Both the position numbers and the translations under genes were made by a program. Shown here in pieces: positions 39,627-50,676 of a stretch of 64,000 nucleotides of DNA. Position 1 is the first letter of the stretch; the number at the start of each line of letters is the position of its first letter. The notes beneath the pieces were generated by a model. That model saw only the letters and a list, made by a program, of their open reading frames with translations. It had not been told where the DNA came from and ran no database searches. Source of the DNA: a virus (Duplodnaviria > Caudoviricetes); IMG/VR virus record IMGVR_UViG_3300026023_000352, positions 1 to 64,000 of that record; one strand, 5' to 3'.

Positions 39627-41294
39627 ATGCCTGAGTGGACTACTGCTTGCGCGGATTGGCAGGAACGCATTGTTAACCGCCAATCTCTCGTGCCGTGCGC
39701 GCCTTTATTCCCCGCTGAGGCGGAGGCGGCACTCGACCAATTCCGGGCACTACGGCTTGTCGATGTCGCAGGATCGCCGACGGCGGGCGAAGCGTGCCGC
39801 CAGTGGGTGTTCGATTTTGTAGCTGCGATTTTTGGCGCTTATGATGAAGAACGTGGCCGGCGGCTTATTGGCGAGTTCTTTCTGCTTGTAAGTAAAAAGA
39901 ACGGGAAGAGTTCGATCGCCGCCGGAATTATGCTTACAGCGCTGATTCGCAATTGGCGAATGTCGAACGAGTTCGTAATTCTGGCGCCGACAATTGAAAT
40001 TGCCAATAATTCATTTTTTCCGGCGCGCGATATGGTGCGCGCCGACGATGAGTTGAATGATTTACTACATGTCCAAGATCATTATCGAACGATTACGCAC
40101 CGGCAAACCAAGGCAACTCTAAAAGTAGTCGCCGCCGACTCCGAAACGGTCGGCGGCAAGAAAGCGGCGGGTATCCTGGTCGATGAGCTGTGGCTGTTCG
40201 GAAAACGCCCGAACGCTGAGAATATGTTGAGAGAAGCAACTGGTGGACGGGCGTCGCGGCCAGAGGGATTTACCATTTTTCTCTCTACACAGTCGGATGA
40301 GCCTCCGGCCGGTGTGTTCGCGCAGGCGCTCAGCGACTATCGGGATATCCGGGACGGCAAGCTCGTGGCGCCGCGGCGCATGGGCGTGCTCTACGAATAT
40401 CCGCCCGACATGGCTGAAGCCGAGGCTTTTCGCGATTCGGCGACTTGGTATGTGACCAATCCGAATCTCGGCGCGTCGGTCGATGAGGAGTTTCTTCATG
40501 ACGAGCGCGACAAAGCCGAACGCGCGGGACGCGCATCAATCGCCGGCTTCTGGGCCAAGCACCTTAATGTCGAAATCGGACTTGGGTTGCGATCGAACCG
40601 CTGGGCCGGTGCGGAATATTGGGCTCGCCGAGCCGATCCGTCGCTGACGTTTGATGCCTTGCTGGAGCGCTGCGAGGTCATTGTTATCGGGATAGACGGC
40701 GGCGGGCTTGATGACCTATTCGGCCTGTGCGTCCTGGGCCGTGACCGCGAAACGAAAGACTGGCTCGCATGGGCTCATGCGTGGTGCCACGTCGGCGTAC
40801 TTGAGCGACGCAAATCGATCGCTGCACGCCTCCGGGATTTCGAGAAAGCTGGTGAATTAACGATCGTTGAAGACGAGCTGGATGATCTTAGCGAAATTGT
40901 CGCGATCGTCGAACGGGTGAAAGACTCGGGTGTGCTGGCTGAGGTGGGCGTTGATCCCGCCGGATTAGGTGAGCTGGTTGATGCTCTCGCGTCAATCGGT
41001 GTTACTGAGGACAACAAGCTGCTGGTCGGGGTTGGCCAAGGCTATCGCATGATGAATGCGATTAAGACCAGTGAGCGGCGACTCGCGAATGGCACGCTCC
41101 GGCACAGCGGCAGTTCGCTGATGGCGTGGTGCGTCGGCAATGTGAAGATCGAGCCGACAGCGACCGCGATCCGCGCAACGAAGCAGAATGCGGGCGACGC
41201 AAAGATCGACCCGTGGTGCGCGCTAATGGATGCCTGCGACCGCATGAGCTTTGCCCCGCAAGGCGCGGCTGATGTCGAGGCAATGGTCGCTTAA
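39627..41294 (+). CDS. terL: Terminase large subunit
   Basis: Walker A 'VSKKNGKS', Walker B 'ILVDELW', 'STQ', nuclease 'GIDGGGLDDL', 'AKIDP'. Confidence 0.95.
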   Translation: MPEWTTACADWQERIVNRQSLVPCAPLFPAEAEAALDQFRALRLVDVAGSPTAGEACRQWVFDFVAAIFGAYDEERGRRLIGEFFLLVSKKNGKSSIAAGIMLTALIRNWRMSNEFVILAPTIEIANNSFFPARDMVRADDELNDLLHVQDHYRTITHRQTKATLKVVAADSETVGGKKAAGILVDELWLFGKRPNAENMLREATGGRASRPEGFTIFLSTQSDEPPAGVFAQALSDYRDIRDGKLVAPRRMGVLYEYPPDMAEAEAFRDSATWYVTNPNLGASVDEEFLHDERDKAERAGRASIAGFWAKHLNVEIGLGLRSNRWAGAEYWARRADPSLTFDALLERCEVIVIGIDGGGLDDLFGLCVLGRDRETKDWLAWAHAWCHVGVLERRKSIAARLRDFEKAGELTIVEDELDDLSEIVAIVERVKDSGVLAEVGVDPAGLGELVDALASIGVTEDNKLLVGVGQGYRMMNAIKTSERRLANGTLRHSGSSLMAWCVGNVKIEPTATAIRATKQNAGDAKIDPWCALMDACDRMSFAPQGAADVEAMVA

Positions 41295-41426
41295 CGAGAC
41301 GCTGGGGAAGTTGACGGAAGGCCCGGTGGTGACGGGCTTTTCGGGCTGCAGACCCTATCCGTCGCGGCAAATTCTAGGCGCTTCCTTGCTAAATGCAAGC
41401 GCCTTCGCCTGACCTAAAGGCAAAAC

Positions 41427-43382
41427 ATGACGACAATTCGTAAAACTGCGGCCGGCAAGGTCGCGGGCAGCCTTAGTTACGTGCTGTCCGATGACACCGT
41501 TGACCGCATGGGCGATGTTATTGAAGCGGGTGGTTGGGACCTGAAGTGGTTCAAGCTCAATCCTATTGCTTTATTTAATCATAACCCAAACGCACCAATC
41601 GGGAAATGGAGAAACGTTCGAGTCGATGGCGGTAAGTTAATCGCTGAACTCGAACCGGCACAGCGCGGAACATCGCAGCGTGTCGATGAAATCATTAGTT
41701 TGATCGAGCAGAACATCCTTCGGGCAACTTCCGTTGGGTTCATGCCGATCGATTCTGAACCGTTAGACAAAAACAACCCTTATGGGGGTCAGCGGTTCAA
41801 AAAACAGCAACTCTTGGAGACGAGCATAGTGTCGGTGCCTGCAAATCCGGCGGCATTACAACTAGCAAAATCCCTGAGTATTTCCGAAGAAACCATGAAC
41901 CTAGCCTTTGGCGAGCATGCCGAAACGAGGCGTAGGGACATGACTAAAGCAGGCGAGCATGCCGAAACGAAGACCGCGAATGGCAAACGCCCGAGTGGCA
42001 GCCTGACGCTACCGAAAGTTAATCAAGTGACAAATCGTTCAGAACGTATTCAAGACATTCAACAGGGCCTCGTCGAAAAGAACAATAAGCGTGACGCGAT
42101 CGAATGCGCCGATACGCTTGATGTTGAGGCTCTGGAGCAAATCAATATCGATATCGAGACCGCGGAGCGTGCGTTGGCTGCTCTGACTGCTGCGGAAGCC
42201 AAGGTTGGTGCCCGTGCCGCAGGCGGGGGCGGAATGCTTATGACGACGAACGGCTCGTCTGAGAAACAGGCGGCGCCCGCCATTCATCGCCGGCCTCTGG
42301 GTTTTCCACAGAAGGAGGTGAGTCCTCTAGACTTGCTCGTCCGCTCGGCCATCGTCAATGGAACGGCCTGGTTTGGCAATAAATCGATCGAGCAAGCTCT
42401 TGAGGAGCGCTATCCGGGGCACGAGGCGACCGCCGCGGTTGTCCTCAAGGCCGATCAGACTCTCGGGACTACCAGCGGCTCGCATTGGGTAGATGACCTT
42501 CAGAGGTACAGCTACACGGCGCTTGTTGATGCGCTGCGTGGCCGTCGCATCTGGCCGGATCTGGTTGATGGCAGTATGTCGCTGTCGTTTGATGCGAGCG
42601 GAACCGCCTACATCCCCAGCCTAACTGCTGGCGGGGCGAATGGTGGGTTCTTCAGTGAGGGTTCGCCGATGCGTGTCGGTCGAATCACCACGGCATCGAC
42701 AACGATGACTCCGCGCAAGATGGGCGTCATCATTCCTTTCTCGCGGGAAGCGGCGAAGCGCAGCACCCCGGCTCTTGAGCCGCTGGTGCGTCGCGCCATC
42801 ATCGATGATACCGGCAAGGTGCTCGACCAGGCCGTAATCGATGCCACTGCTGGCGATGCCGTGAGGCCGGCGGGATTGCTTAACGGCGTCTCGGCAACGG
42901 CCTCGGGCTTCGGCGGCGGTGATTACCAGGCGGTGATCGAGGACATCAACGCGCTCATGGCGCCGTTCGATAGTGCCGATGCGTCCGACGGATCGATCGC
43001 GCTTATCATGCACCCGGCGCAGGCGCGCAGGCTTGCCATGATGCCGGGGCCTGATGGCATGTTCGGCTGGGCCGATCGGTTCATGACGGAGTTCAAGGTT
43101 CTCCGCTCGACCTACGCCACGGCGAATCGTCTGATCGCGATCCGGCTGAATGATCTCATTACTGTTGCGGGCACTCCGGATTTCGAGGTCAGCAATAGTG
43201 CGGTCGTCCATATGGAGGACACCACTCCACTTGAGATTGTATCAGGGACGGGTCCCACAACCGCAGATCCTGTACGCTCCTTTTGGCAGACGGATTCGAT
43301 GGGCGTCCGCATGGTTATGGACGTAAGCTGGAAGTTAGCAAGATCGGGCATGGTCCGATGGATTGATGGTACTACATGGTAA
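41427..43382 (+). CDS. HK97-type prohead protease - major capsid protein fusion
   Basis: 'DRMGDVI..NPIALFNH..PIG..SVGF..LLETSIVSVPANPAA' followed by capsid domain ('RPAGLLNG', 'SFWQTDS..RM'). Confidence 0.92.
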   Translation: MTTIRKTAAGKVAGSLSYVLSDDTVDRMGDVIEAGGWDLKWFKLNPIALFNHNPNAPIGKWRNVRVDGGKLIAELEPAQRGTSQRVDEIISLIEQNILRATSVGFMPIDSEPLDKNNPYGGQRFKKQQLLETSIVSVPANPAALQLAKSLSISEETMNLAFGEHAETRRRDMTKAGEHAETKTANGKRPSGSLTLPKVNQVTNRSERIQDIQQGLVEKNNKRDAIECADTLDVEALEQINIDIETAERALAALTAAEAKVGARAAGGGGMLMTTNGSSEKQAAPAIHRRPLGFPQKEVSPLDLLVRSAIVNGTAWFGNKSIEQALEERYPGHEATAAVVLKADQTLGTTSGSHWVDDLQRYSYTALVDALRGRRIWPDLVDGSMSLSFDASGTAYIPSLTAGGANGGFFSEGSPMRVGRITTASTTMTPRKMGVIIPFSREAAKRSTPALEPLVRRAIIDDTGKVLDQAVIDATAGDAVRPAGLLNGVSATASGFGGGDYQAVIEDINALMAPFDSADASDGSIALIMHPAQARRLAMMPGPDGMFGWADRFMTEFKVLRSTYATANRLIAIRLNDLITVAGTPDFEVSNSAVVHMEDTTPLEIVSGTGPTTADPVRSFWQTDSMGVRMVMDVSWKLARSGMVRWIDGTTW

Positions 43383-43494
43383 ATATGTAGTAATAATTGC
43401 TACGTTATAGTGGTATGATATAAAGATCGAGCCGGGTCGCTGTTTCAGCAGCTTCCCGGCTCTGACCGAAACCGAACCGTGATGGAGTTCGATC

Positions 43495-44277
43495 GTGGCT
43501 AATGATATTATATTGCGCGCCGATGCGCGCGATCAAGGGTTAAAGCGTTATTACACTGGAGTTCAGTGTCTTCATCATCATCTATCTGAAAGATTCGTCC
43601 GAGACGGTGGGTGCGTAGCTTGCATTTACAAAAAGAATGCAAATTGGGAAAAGCGCAATCCAGACAAGAGGCGAGCCTTACATGCGAGATGGGTCGAAGA
43701 AAACTTAGAATATGTTAAGACGAAACAGAAAGAATATCACGCCCAGTGGTACAAGAATAATCGTGATATAAAACTTTCAAAGAATGCTGAATATCTTAAA
43801 GCAAATCCAGATGTATCTAGAAAGTTGTCCAAAAAGTGGAGAGACTCTCATATAGAAGAGTCTCGCAAGAGATGCCGAGAATGGGAAAAAGCAAATCCTG
43901 ATAAGCGAAGTGAGATCAACAAGAGAAAATATAAAGCAAATCCAGAGCATTATCTTGCAAAGAATGCCAAATGGGCTAAGGAGAATCCAGAGAAAACCGC
44001 AGTTGTTCGCCGACGCCGCCGCGCCCGAGAAAAGGGAGCACCCGGCACCCACACCGCAGCCGAGGCCACCGCAATCCTAGTCGCGCAAAACTACCGCTGC
44101 GCATATTGCGATGCCGACTTACGGGTGGTGGAAAAACACCTAGATCACATTATCCCGCTATCGCGGGGCGGCTCGAATGATAAGTCCAACATCCAGTGGA
44201 CGTGCAAGCCACACAATTTGCAGAAATCTGATAAAGACCCCATAGAATACGCCCGCTCCATAGGTCTCCTGATATGA
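43495..44277 (+). CDS. HNH endonuclease with basic helical repeats
   Basis: 'RYYTG..C..H.SER..C..C', 'CAYC..HLDHIIPLSRGGSN..NIQWTC..HN..K'. Confidence 0.85.
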   Translation: MANDIILRADARDQGLKRYYTGVQCLHHHLSERFVRDGGCVACIYKKNANWEKRNPDKRRALHARWVEENLEYVKTKQKEYHAQWYKNNRDIKLSKNAEYLKANPDVSRKLSKKWRDSHIEESRKRCREWEKANPDKRSEINKRKYKANPEHYLAKNAKWAKENPEKTAVVRRRRRAREKGAPGTHTAAEATAILVAQNYRCAYCDADLRVVEKHLDHIIPLSRGGSNDKSNIQWTCKPHNLQKSDKDPIEYARSIGLLI

Positions 44278-44464
44278 CCACCCCCATCGAAATCACCGAC
44301 ACGATGATTGATGCGGGAGTCGCCGCCTATCTTGGGCAAGCTGTACATGACCAGTTTAGCTACTGGACCCCTCGGGAATTGATCGAAATCGTGCTGAGGG
44401 CAGGGTTGACAACGGTAAGTGATAAGCATCCTATTGAATAGGTCGGATCGATTAGCCAGAAGCG

Positions 44465-44692
44465 ATGAGCGACAAAAGGGCGCCTCGGCGTGGCGCTCCG
44501 ATAACCCCACGGAATCGCATCCCGGTTGGGATACGCATGACGCCGGAACTGCGCCGTAAACTCGTTGAGCGAGCGGGCGCGAACGGGCGAAGTCTTACAC
44601 AAGAGATTGAGATTCTGCTTGAGAAGGCGCTGGCCGACGATCGGCTTGAAGCCAAGCTAGTAGAGATTCGAAATCTATTATCGTTCGTCTAA
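44465..44692 (+). CDS. Arc-like ribbon-helix-helix regulator
   Basis: 'VGIRMTPELRRKL..AGANGRSLTQEI..LLE'. Confidence 0.8.
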   Translation: MSDKRAPRRGAPITPRNRIPVGIRMTPELRRKLVERAGANGRSLTQEIEILLEKALADDRLEAKLVEIRNLLSFV

Positions 44693-44763
44693 CAAGCTAC
44701 AAAACTAAACCCCTGTCCAGTCTAAACCTTCAGCGCAGGGCCTCTTTCCCTGCGCCCTTTGCC

Positions 44764-45581
44764 ATGTCCGCTCTACGCGGGGAGATGCCAATGTCGATTC
44801 GTCAAGTTACCTCAATTTCTCAGAATTCGACGGTTCGGCGATTTCCCGTCACTGTGACCGTCGATGCAGATGGCGATGGCATATCATACACGCCCAGGAT
44901 TTCGGGAGTGTTGGTTTCGATCCGCTACGTCAAGACAAGTTATGACGATGGCGTTGATTTCGTGATTTCCGGAGAAACGTCTACACAGACGCTTTGGTCC
45001 GAGGAAGATGTGAATGCATCGGCGACGCGATATCCGCGTGGGCCGGATCATTCGACCGCTGGCGTCGGCGCGACATATGCAGCGCTTGGCGAGGCCGTCA
45101 ACGATCTCATTGTCGTAGACAACGAGCGCGTAAAAATTGTCGTCGCAGAAGGTGGCGATACAAAAACGGGTACTTTTCATATCACTGTTGCCGGCTAAGG
45201 AGATATCACATGGCCGTTCGTAAGCATTCCATCACCGCGCTCACTAACGGCTCGGGCGATGTCACAGTATACAGCCCGTATATCACCGGGTTTGTCGAGT
45301 CCATCCAGTACGTCAAGACTGACTATACCGATGGCGTTGATTTCACGATTACCGCCGAAGCGACTACGGAAACGATCTGGACTGAGTCCAATGTCAATGC
45401 GGCGAAGGTCTGCCGTCCGCGGGCGGCGACGCATTCGACCGCAGGCGTTGCGGCGCTTTATGCGTCCGGTGGCACCGCGGTTAATGACCGGATCGGGTTG
45501 GGTCATGATCGCGTCAAGATCGTTGTTGGCTCCGGTGGCGCAGCGCATACCGGCGTGTTCGTGGTTACGGTGAGCGACTAA
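44764..45581 (+). CDS. Two tandem paralogous beta-rich virion proteins (44764-45198, 45210-45581)
   Basis: Shared 'SI.YVKT.Y.DGVDF.I..E...T.W.E..VNA..PR..HSTAGV..Y..AVND..RVKIVV..GG..TG.F'. Confidence 0.7.
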
Positions 45582-45584
45582 GCC

Positions 45585-46244
45585 ATGACCGAGACGTGGT
45601 ATCTCATGGAGGACGGCACGGTCGGCGACCCGCACGAGGTCGCCCCGGATAAAGATGGCGTCCTACGCCACAAGGATGGCCGCGCGGTCGCTATGGCCTC
45701 GCACGGTCCACGTTCGCGTGGCGTTGATGCTGATGCCGAGCGTGCGAAGGCTCGCGCCAAGGTCGCGCCCAAGCCGGCGGAAGCTGTCGAAAAGCCGGTT
45801 GCTCCAGAACCGCCGGAGCCAGCTACTCGACGCACCCGCGACATGAAGCCTGAAGAACCGGCGACACCTTACAAAACACGCTGATAGCAGAAGGAGGTCG
45901 AGACTATGAAATCAAAAAGTGACGATCTGTACCTGTTGATGGACGGCACCTACGCGAGCCCAGGCGATTGCTCGGATAAGGATGGTGTCTGGCAGCACAG
46001 CAGTGGCGTCAAGGTAGCGCTTACCGATGCAGGTGAGCCGATGACGCTGGCTCGTGTCACCGAGCACAACGTTGCCGCTAATGAAGCGGCTGCCGCTCCT
46101 GTAGAGAGCGAGCCGGTGGCGGAATCCGAGAAACCGGCTGTTGCTGAGAAACCGGCTCACGGCAATCTGGAGCAGGCGATGGTGCCGGAGTCTGATAAGC
46201 CTGAGAGCAAGCCGGAAGCTAAGGTCAAAGAGCCGAAGGCTTAA
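45585..46244 (+). CDS. Two tandem paralogous small proteins (45585-45884, 45906-46244)
   Basis: Shared 'YL..DGT...P....DKDGV..H..G..VA' plus Pro/Glu/Lys-rich tails. Confidence 0.65.
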
Positions 46245-46252
46245 TAAAGACC

Positions 46253-46420
46253 ATGCCTCTCGTCGTCGCCATAATCGTGCTTCTATCTGTTGGCGGCGCC
46301 GCCTTCGTTATTGCCGGTGTGCATCTGCTCGCCGGCATGGCGTGGGCATTTATTGTACTCGGCCTCTTGCTGTTCGGTGTTGCCGTCTACCTCCGTTCGG
46401 GACTGACGCCGCATGGCTAA
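46253..46420 (+). CDS. Small two-TM membrane protein upstream of portal
   Basis: 55-aa hydrophobic ORF MPLVVAIIVLLSVGG.. (not in the ORF track). Confidence 0.6.
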   Translation: MPLVVAIIVLLSVGGAAFVIAGVHLLAGMAWAFIVLGLLLFGVAVYLRSGLTPHG

Positions 46421-47786
46421 TGCTCTCACGCTGCTCGCGAATGCGATTGCCCCGTCTCGGGTGAAATCTATCGAAGGCGAGTATCGCCCAGGCCCGTATT
46501 ATATCGATGGACCTAATGGTGGCTGGTTGTCAGCACAGGCTGGCCGGTTTCTGAATTGGTGGCAGATGGGCTATTCGCCACAGTCTCGCGGCTGCGGCGG
46601 AGCGATGGTTGAGGCATGCGTCTCCGCATACTCACAAACCGTTGCTATGTGTCCTGGCGACCATTGGCGATTGCTTCCGAATGGCGGTCGCGAGCGCGTC
46701 ACGACATCGGCGCTTTCACGAATTATACGGCGGCCGAACGATTACCAATCGATGTCGGATCTGTTGCTGAATTTGACTCGGCGACTCTATGAAAAGGGCG
46801 AGTGCTACGCTCTCGCGATTCGCGACGGCAGTTTCCAGATTAAGGAACTGCACTGGATGCGTGACGGCTGCCCGTATGTTGCCGAGGATGGATCTATATT
46901 CTATCAGCTTTGGGGAAATGAGGTCGCCGAGCGACGTTTCGATCTACATTATCCTATTCCTGCGCGCGACGTGCTTAATGTTAGGCTCCATACTCCGCGT
47001 CATCCATTAAAGGGCGCGAGTCCAATTCTGGCTGTTGCGCTCGAATTGGAGCTGTCTGGCGCGGCTATGTCTCAGCAGATTGCGTTCTACCTCAATCAGG
47101 CGAGACCGAGTTTTATCCTCGAAACTGATCAGGAACTTACGAAGGAACGGGCAAAGGACCTTCGCGACCGCTGGGATGCTCAGACTCAAGGAGACGGTGC
47201 TGGTGGCACTCCGATTTTGTCATGGGGTTTGAAGGCCAGGCCAGTCACGATCGGCGCTGGTGATGCGCGTCTCGCCGATATGTTGAAGCTGGCGAATGAA
47301 AGTGTTGCGCTCGCTTTTCGGATGCCATTGCAAATCCTTGGTATTGGAGGCACACCGTTCGCTTCTACCGAGGCGCTCATGTCCTCATGGCGGGCAATGG
47401 GGTTAGGGTTTGCGCTGAACCATATCGAAGAAGCCTTTGGACGGTTATTCGCTCTGGATGGCTATCCGGATGAATATATTGAGTTCGATACTAATGCTCT
47501 TTTGCGGTCTTCGTTTAAAGAGATGATTGATGCTTTGGTCGCAGGAACCCACCGCGTTTTTGCGCCGAATGAGGCACGTCGATTTGTAAATTTGCCCGAT
47601 GTCGAGGGCGGCGACGAGGTTCGTGTGCAACAACAGGATGTGCCTCTCTCCTGGATTGCGCAGCAGCCGAAAGCCATTGCCCCGCCAACCGATGCCGGGG
47701 TCACAAATAATGAGGGGCGCGCTGCTGATGCCGAGTCTGTCGTTCGCCGCTTCCGATCAGCCCGCGACCGTGCTCACGCCGCTTGA
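46413..47786 (+). CDS. HK97-family portal protein
   Basis: 'VEACVSAYSQTVA', 'RPNDYQS', 'GASPI', 'AFRMP', 'EFDTNALLR', 'PNEAR..LP..EGGDE'. Confidence 0.93.
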   Translation: MANALTLLANAIAPSRVKSIEGEYRPGPYYIDGPNGGWLSAQAGRFLNWWQMGYSPQSRGCGGAMVEACVSAYSQTVAMCPGDHWRLLPNGGRERVTTSALSRIIRRPNDYQSMSDLLLNLTRRLYEKGECYALAIRDGSFQIKELHWMRDGCPYVAEDGSIFYQLWGNEVAERRFDLHYPIPARDVLNVRLHTPRHPLKGASPILAVALELELSGAAMSQQIAFYLNQARPSFILETDQELTKERAKDLRDRWDAQTQGDGAGGTPILSWGLKARPVTIGAGDARLADMLKLANESVALAFRMPLQILGIGGTPFASTEALMSSWRAMGLGFALNHIEEAFGRLFALDGYPDEYIEFDTNALLRSSFKEMIDALVAGTHRVFAPNEARRFVNLPDVEGGDEVRVQQQDVPLSWIAQQPKAIAPPTDAGVTNNEGRAADAESVVRRFRSARDRAHAA

Positions 47787-49749
47787 CGCGCTTGCCGCCG
47801 AGCTTGGCTCCGAAGCGGCGCGCATCGAGCGCGACTTGCGGCGTGATTTCGCAGTCGGCATGGCTGAAATACGACAGGAATTGGAGGCTGTGCAGCGGCG
47901 CGGCGCTGAAATGGAGCTGCGCGCCGCCAATGCCGAACGGGCACTGGCCGATGCTGTGCGCGAGCGGCTGGCGGCGGTGCGAAACGGCGAGAGCGTTACG
48001 ATCGAGGATGTGCGGCCGTTGGTCGAGACCGAGGTCGCCAAGCAAGTTAATGCGATGCCGAAGTCGCCGGATGCGGAAGCGATTTCGACGATAGTCTCGA
48101 TACAGATCGAGGCCAGTCTATCGGATATAGCCGAAAGAGCATCAGCGCTGGTCGAGCGCCCTGAGTTGCCGATGTTGCCTGATATTGGGGCAATGGTGAG
48201 CGAAGAATCCGATCGCCGCGAAGGTGATCTAGTGGCGAAAGTCGCGGCGCTCGTCCCCGTTCCGGAAGTGGATAAAGCGATTGCCGCAGAATTTGAACGA
48301 CAGTTGTCCGATGTCGTGATTCGCGCGGTGAAATTGATCCCACCCGTTGAATTGCCTGATGTCGGCGCTGCCGTAGCCGATGAATTTGTCAAGCGTGAGA
48401 GCGGTGTTGCCGAACGGGCGGCGGCGCTGGTGAAGGTTCCTGAACCGCCAGACGTGGGGGAGGCAGTTGCGGCGGAGGTGGAGCGTCGTCTCCTCGATAT
48501 TGCTACAAGATCGGCCGAACTGATCCCCGATGTCGTGACTGCTGTGGTCGAGGAATTTACCAAACGCGAAGATGCGCTTGTCGAACGGGCGGCGGCGCTG
48601 GTGAAGGTTCCTGAACTTCCAGATGTGAATGCGGTCGTTGCGGCAGAAATGCAGAATCGATTATTCGATATTGCCGCGAGATCGGTTGAATTGATGCCCG
48701 ATGTCGGCGCTGCCGTGGTCGAGGAGTTTGCTAAGCGCGAAGATGCGTTTGTCGAGCGGGCGGCATCGCTAGTGAAGGTTCCGGAAGCCCCGGTACTACC
48801 GGATATCGACGCTAAGGTGGACAATGCTGTCGCGGCAGCATTTCTGACGGTGCGGGTGCCGGAAGATGGTAAGTCCGCTGACCCCGAAGCTACGGCTGAT
48901 TTAGTTCGTATCAGGGTTGCTGAAGCTCTCGCGTGCGTCTCTGTGGACATTGTTAGCCCAACTGACGCCGCGGAGATTGCACAGGCCGCGATCGATCGTG
49001 CATTGGCAGTTCTTCCTGCGGGCGTCACAATTGACGAGATGCGTGCTGTCGCCGCGGCCGAGCTTAAACAGCAGTTAGAGGCCATTCCGAAGGCTCTGGA
49101 CGCCAATGAGATTGGCGACCTGGCGGGCGCAGCGGCCGAGGCTGCGGTCGGTCGGTATATGCCGGACATTGCTCAGCGAGCGGCCACTTTAATCCCGCCA
49201 GCCGAGCCGCTTCCTCTCCCGGATATCGGCGGCTTACTAGAAGAGAAATTCGCCAGTCACGCTGATGAGATCGCCGCGCGTGCTTCGATGGCGGCAACAG
49301 ACTCTCTCACTGCCGAGATTGATCGTCTGCTTCCTGAGATAGCTGCTCGCACGGCGGTCTTAATGCCGCCGGCCGAAATACCGGAGATACCTGATTACAG
49401 TCCGATTATCGAGGCGGAAACGGAACGATTGGTGGCTATCAAGATCGCGGAAATACCGAAACCGCGAGATGGTGCCGATGGTCTTCAAGGGCCAGAAGGT
49501 CCGCAGGGAACCGTTGACAAAGTTGAGCTTCGCCAAGCCGCCGCGGCAGCAACAGAAGATCACCTTATAGTGCCGGAGCATATGCTTGGACTTATCGGTC
49601 GGGTAGGAGAGTTGTTATCGCAACCATTTGCAGTGGCACTAGACACGCATTCCGCCCCTGCCGTTTTACCGCGCCGTAAGATCATTAAAACAAAACGCGA
49701 CCCCGATGGGAACTTGACTTACGACGTGACAGAAGTTTCCGAGAGTTGA
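47770..49749 (+). CDS. Long repetitive helical protein following the portal
   Basis: Internal repeats 'PDV.AAV..EF.KRE..ERAAALVKVPE'; short collagen-like stretch. Confidence 0.7.
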   Translation: MLTPLDALAAELGSEAARIERDLRRDFAVGMAEIRQELEAVQRRGAEMELRAANAERALADAVRERLAAVRNGESVTIEDVRPLVETEVAKQVNAMPKSPDAEAISTIVSIQIEASLSDIAERASALVERPELPMLPDIGAMVSEESDRREGDLVAKVAALVPVPEVDKAIAAEFERQLSDVVIRAVKLIPPVELPDVGAAVADEFVKRESGVAERAAALVKVPEPPDVGEAVAAEVERRLLDIATRSAELIPDVVTAVVEEFTKREDALVERAAALVKVPELPDVNAVVAAEMQNRLFDIAARSVELMPDVGAAVVEEFAKREDAFVERAASLVKVPEAPVLPDIDAKVDNAVAAAFLTVRVPEDGKSADPEATADLVRIRVAEALACVSVDIVSPTDAAEIAQAAIDRALAVLPAGVTIDEMRAVAAAELKQQLEAIPKALDANEIGDLAGAAAEAAVGRYMPDIAQRAATLIPPAEPLPLPDIGGLLEEKFASHADEIAARASMAATDSLTAEIDRLLPEIAARTAVLMPPAEIPEIPDYSPIIEAETERLVAIKIAEIPKPRDGADGLQGPEGPQGTVDKVELRQAAAAATEDHLIVPEHMLGLIGRVGELLSQPFAVALDTHSAPAVLPRRKIIKTKRDPDGNLTYDVTEVSES

Positions 49750-49750
49750 G

Positions 49751-50635
49751 ATGGCGAGCATTATATTTAATTCTGCCATCGATGATGAAGCTAGAGGAAA
49801 TATAGATTTCGAATCCGATACATTTAAGTGTGTTCTCGTAACTTCTTCTTATATTCCGAATAAAAAAACGCATACGAAACGTAGCGACGTGACAAATGAA
49901 GTCACGGGCACGGGTTATACCTCTGGCGGAGTTGCGGTGACTGTCACAGTTACCAAAGATACCGCAAACGATCGTGTCGATATATCGCTCGGGGAAATCA
50001 GTTTGCCATCTTCTACGATCACCGCAGCGGCGGCGGTATATTGTAAGAGTAGGGGTGGGATTAGCTCTGCGGACGAGCTTGTTGCCTACATTGATTTCGG
50101 CCGTAACTACACTTCTGTAAACGGAACTTTTTCGCTTTCTGCCTCTACGCTGCGGATATCGAATTGACAATAACACTTATTGAGCAGTCATAGGGGAATT
50201 GGTTAAATGGCAACTTTTACGAAATATAATACTTTTGTTGAAAACCTTTGCAACAAGCTGATCGACGCGTTCGGCACGACGGATACCTGGAAAGCGGTCA
50301 TACACACCGATGCGCCAGCTCCGACGACCGATAACAGCGTCTCTGATTTGACACAGATTGCCGGTAGCAATGGGTACACGACCGGCGGGACGGATATTAC
50401 GTTTAATTCTACGCGCACGACGGATACGGTAACGGCTACGGCTACTGATGTGGTCTGGACGGCATCGGGCGGCAACCTCGGCGCATCGACGACTGGTCGG
50501 TACATATCGATTTATGATGACACGTCGGCAGCAGACAATCTGCTGTGCAGCTACGATTACGGTTCGACTTTCACGGTCGCGACGGGGGAGACTCTTACAT
50601 TGGACTTCGGGGCCTCATTGTTCACTTTATCGTAG
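49751..50635 (+). CDS. Two related putative virion proteins (49751-50167, 50207-50635)
   Basis: Both 'D...DT[FW]K..L..SD.T.....GYT.GG..D[FY]G..GT/ET'. Confidence 0.65.
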
Positions 50636-50676
50636 AACTGTTTGCACTGTATGCAACTGTTGATTATACTATTACG

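Noticed and set aside
47757-49169. 470-aa minus-strand ORF
   Set aside because: Ser/Thr/Ala-rich antisense shadow of the repetitive + strand gene
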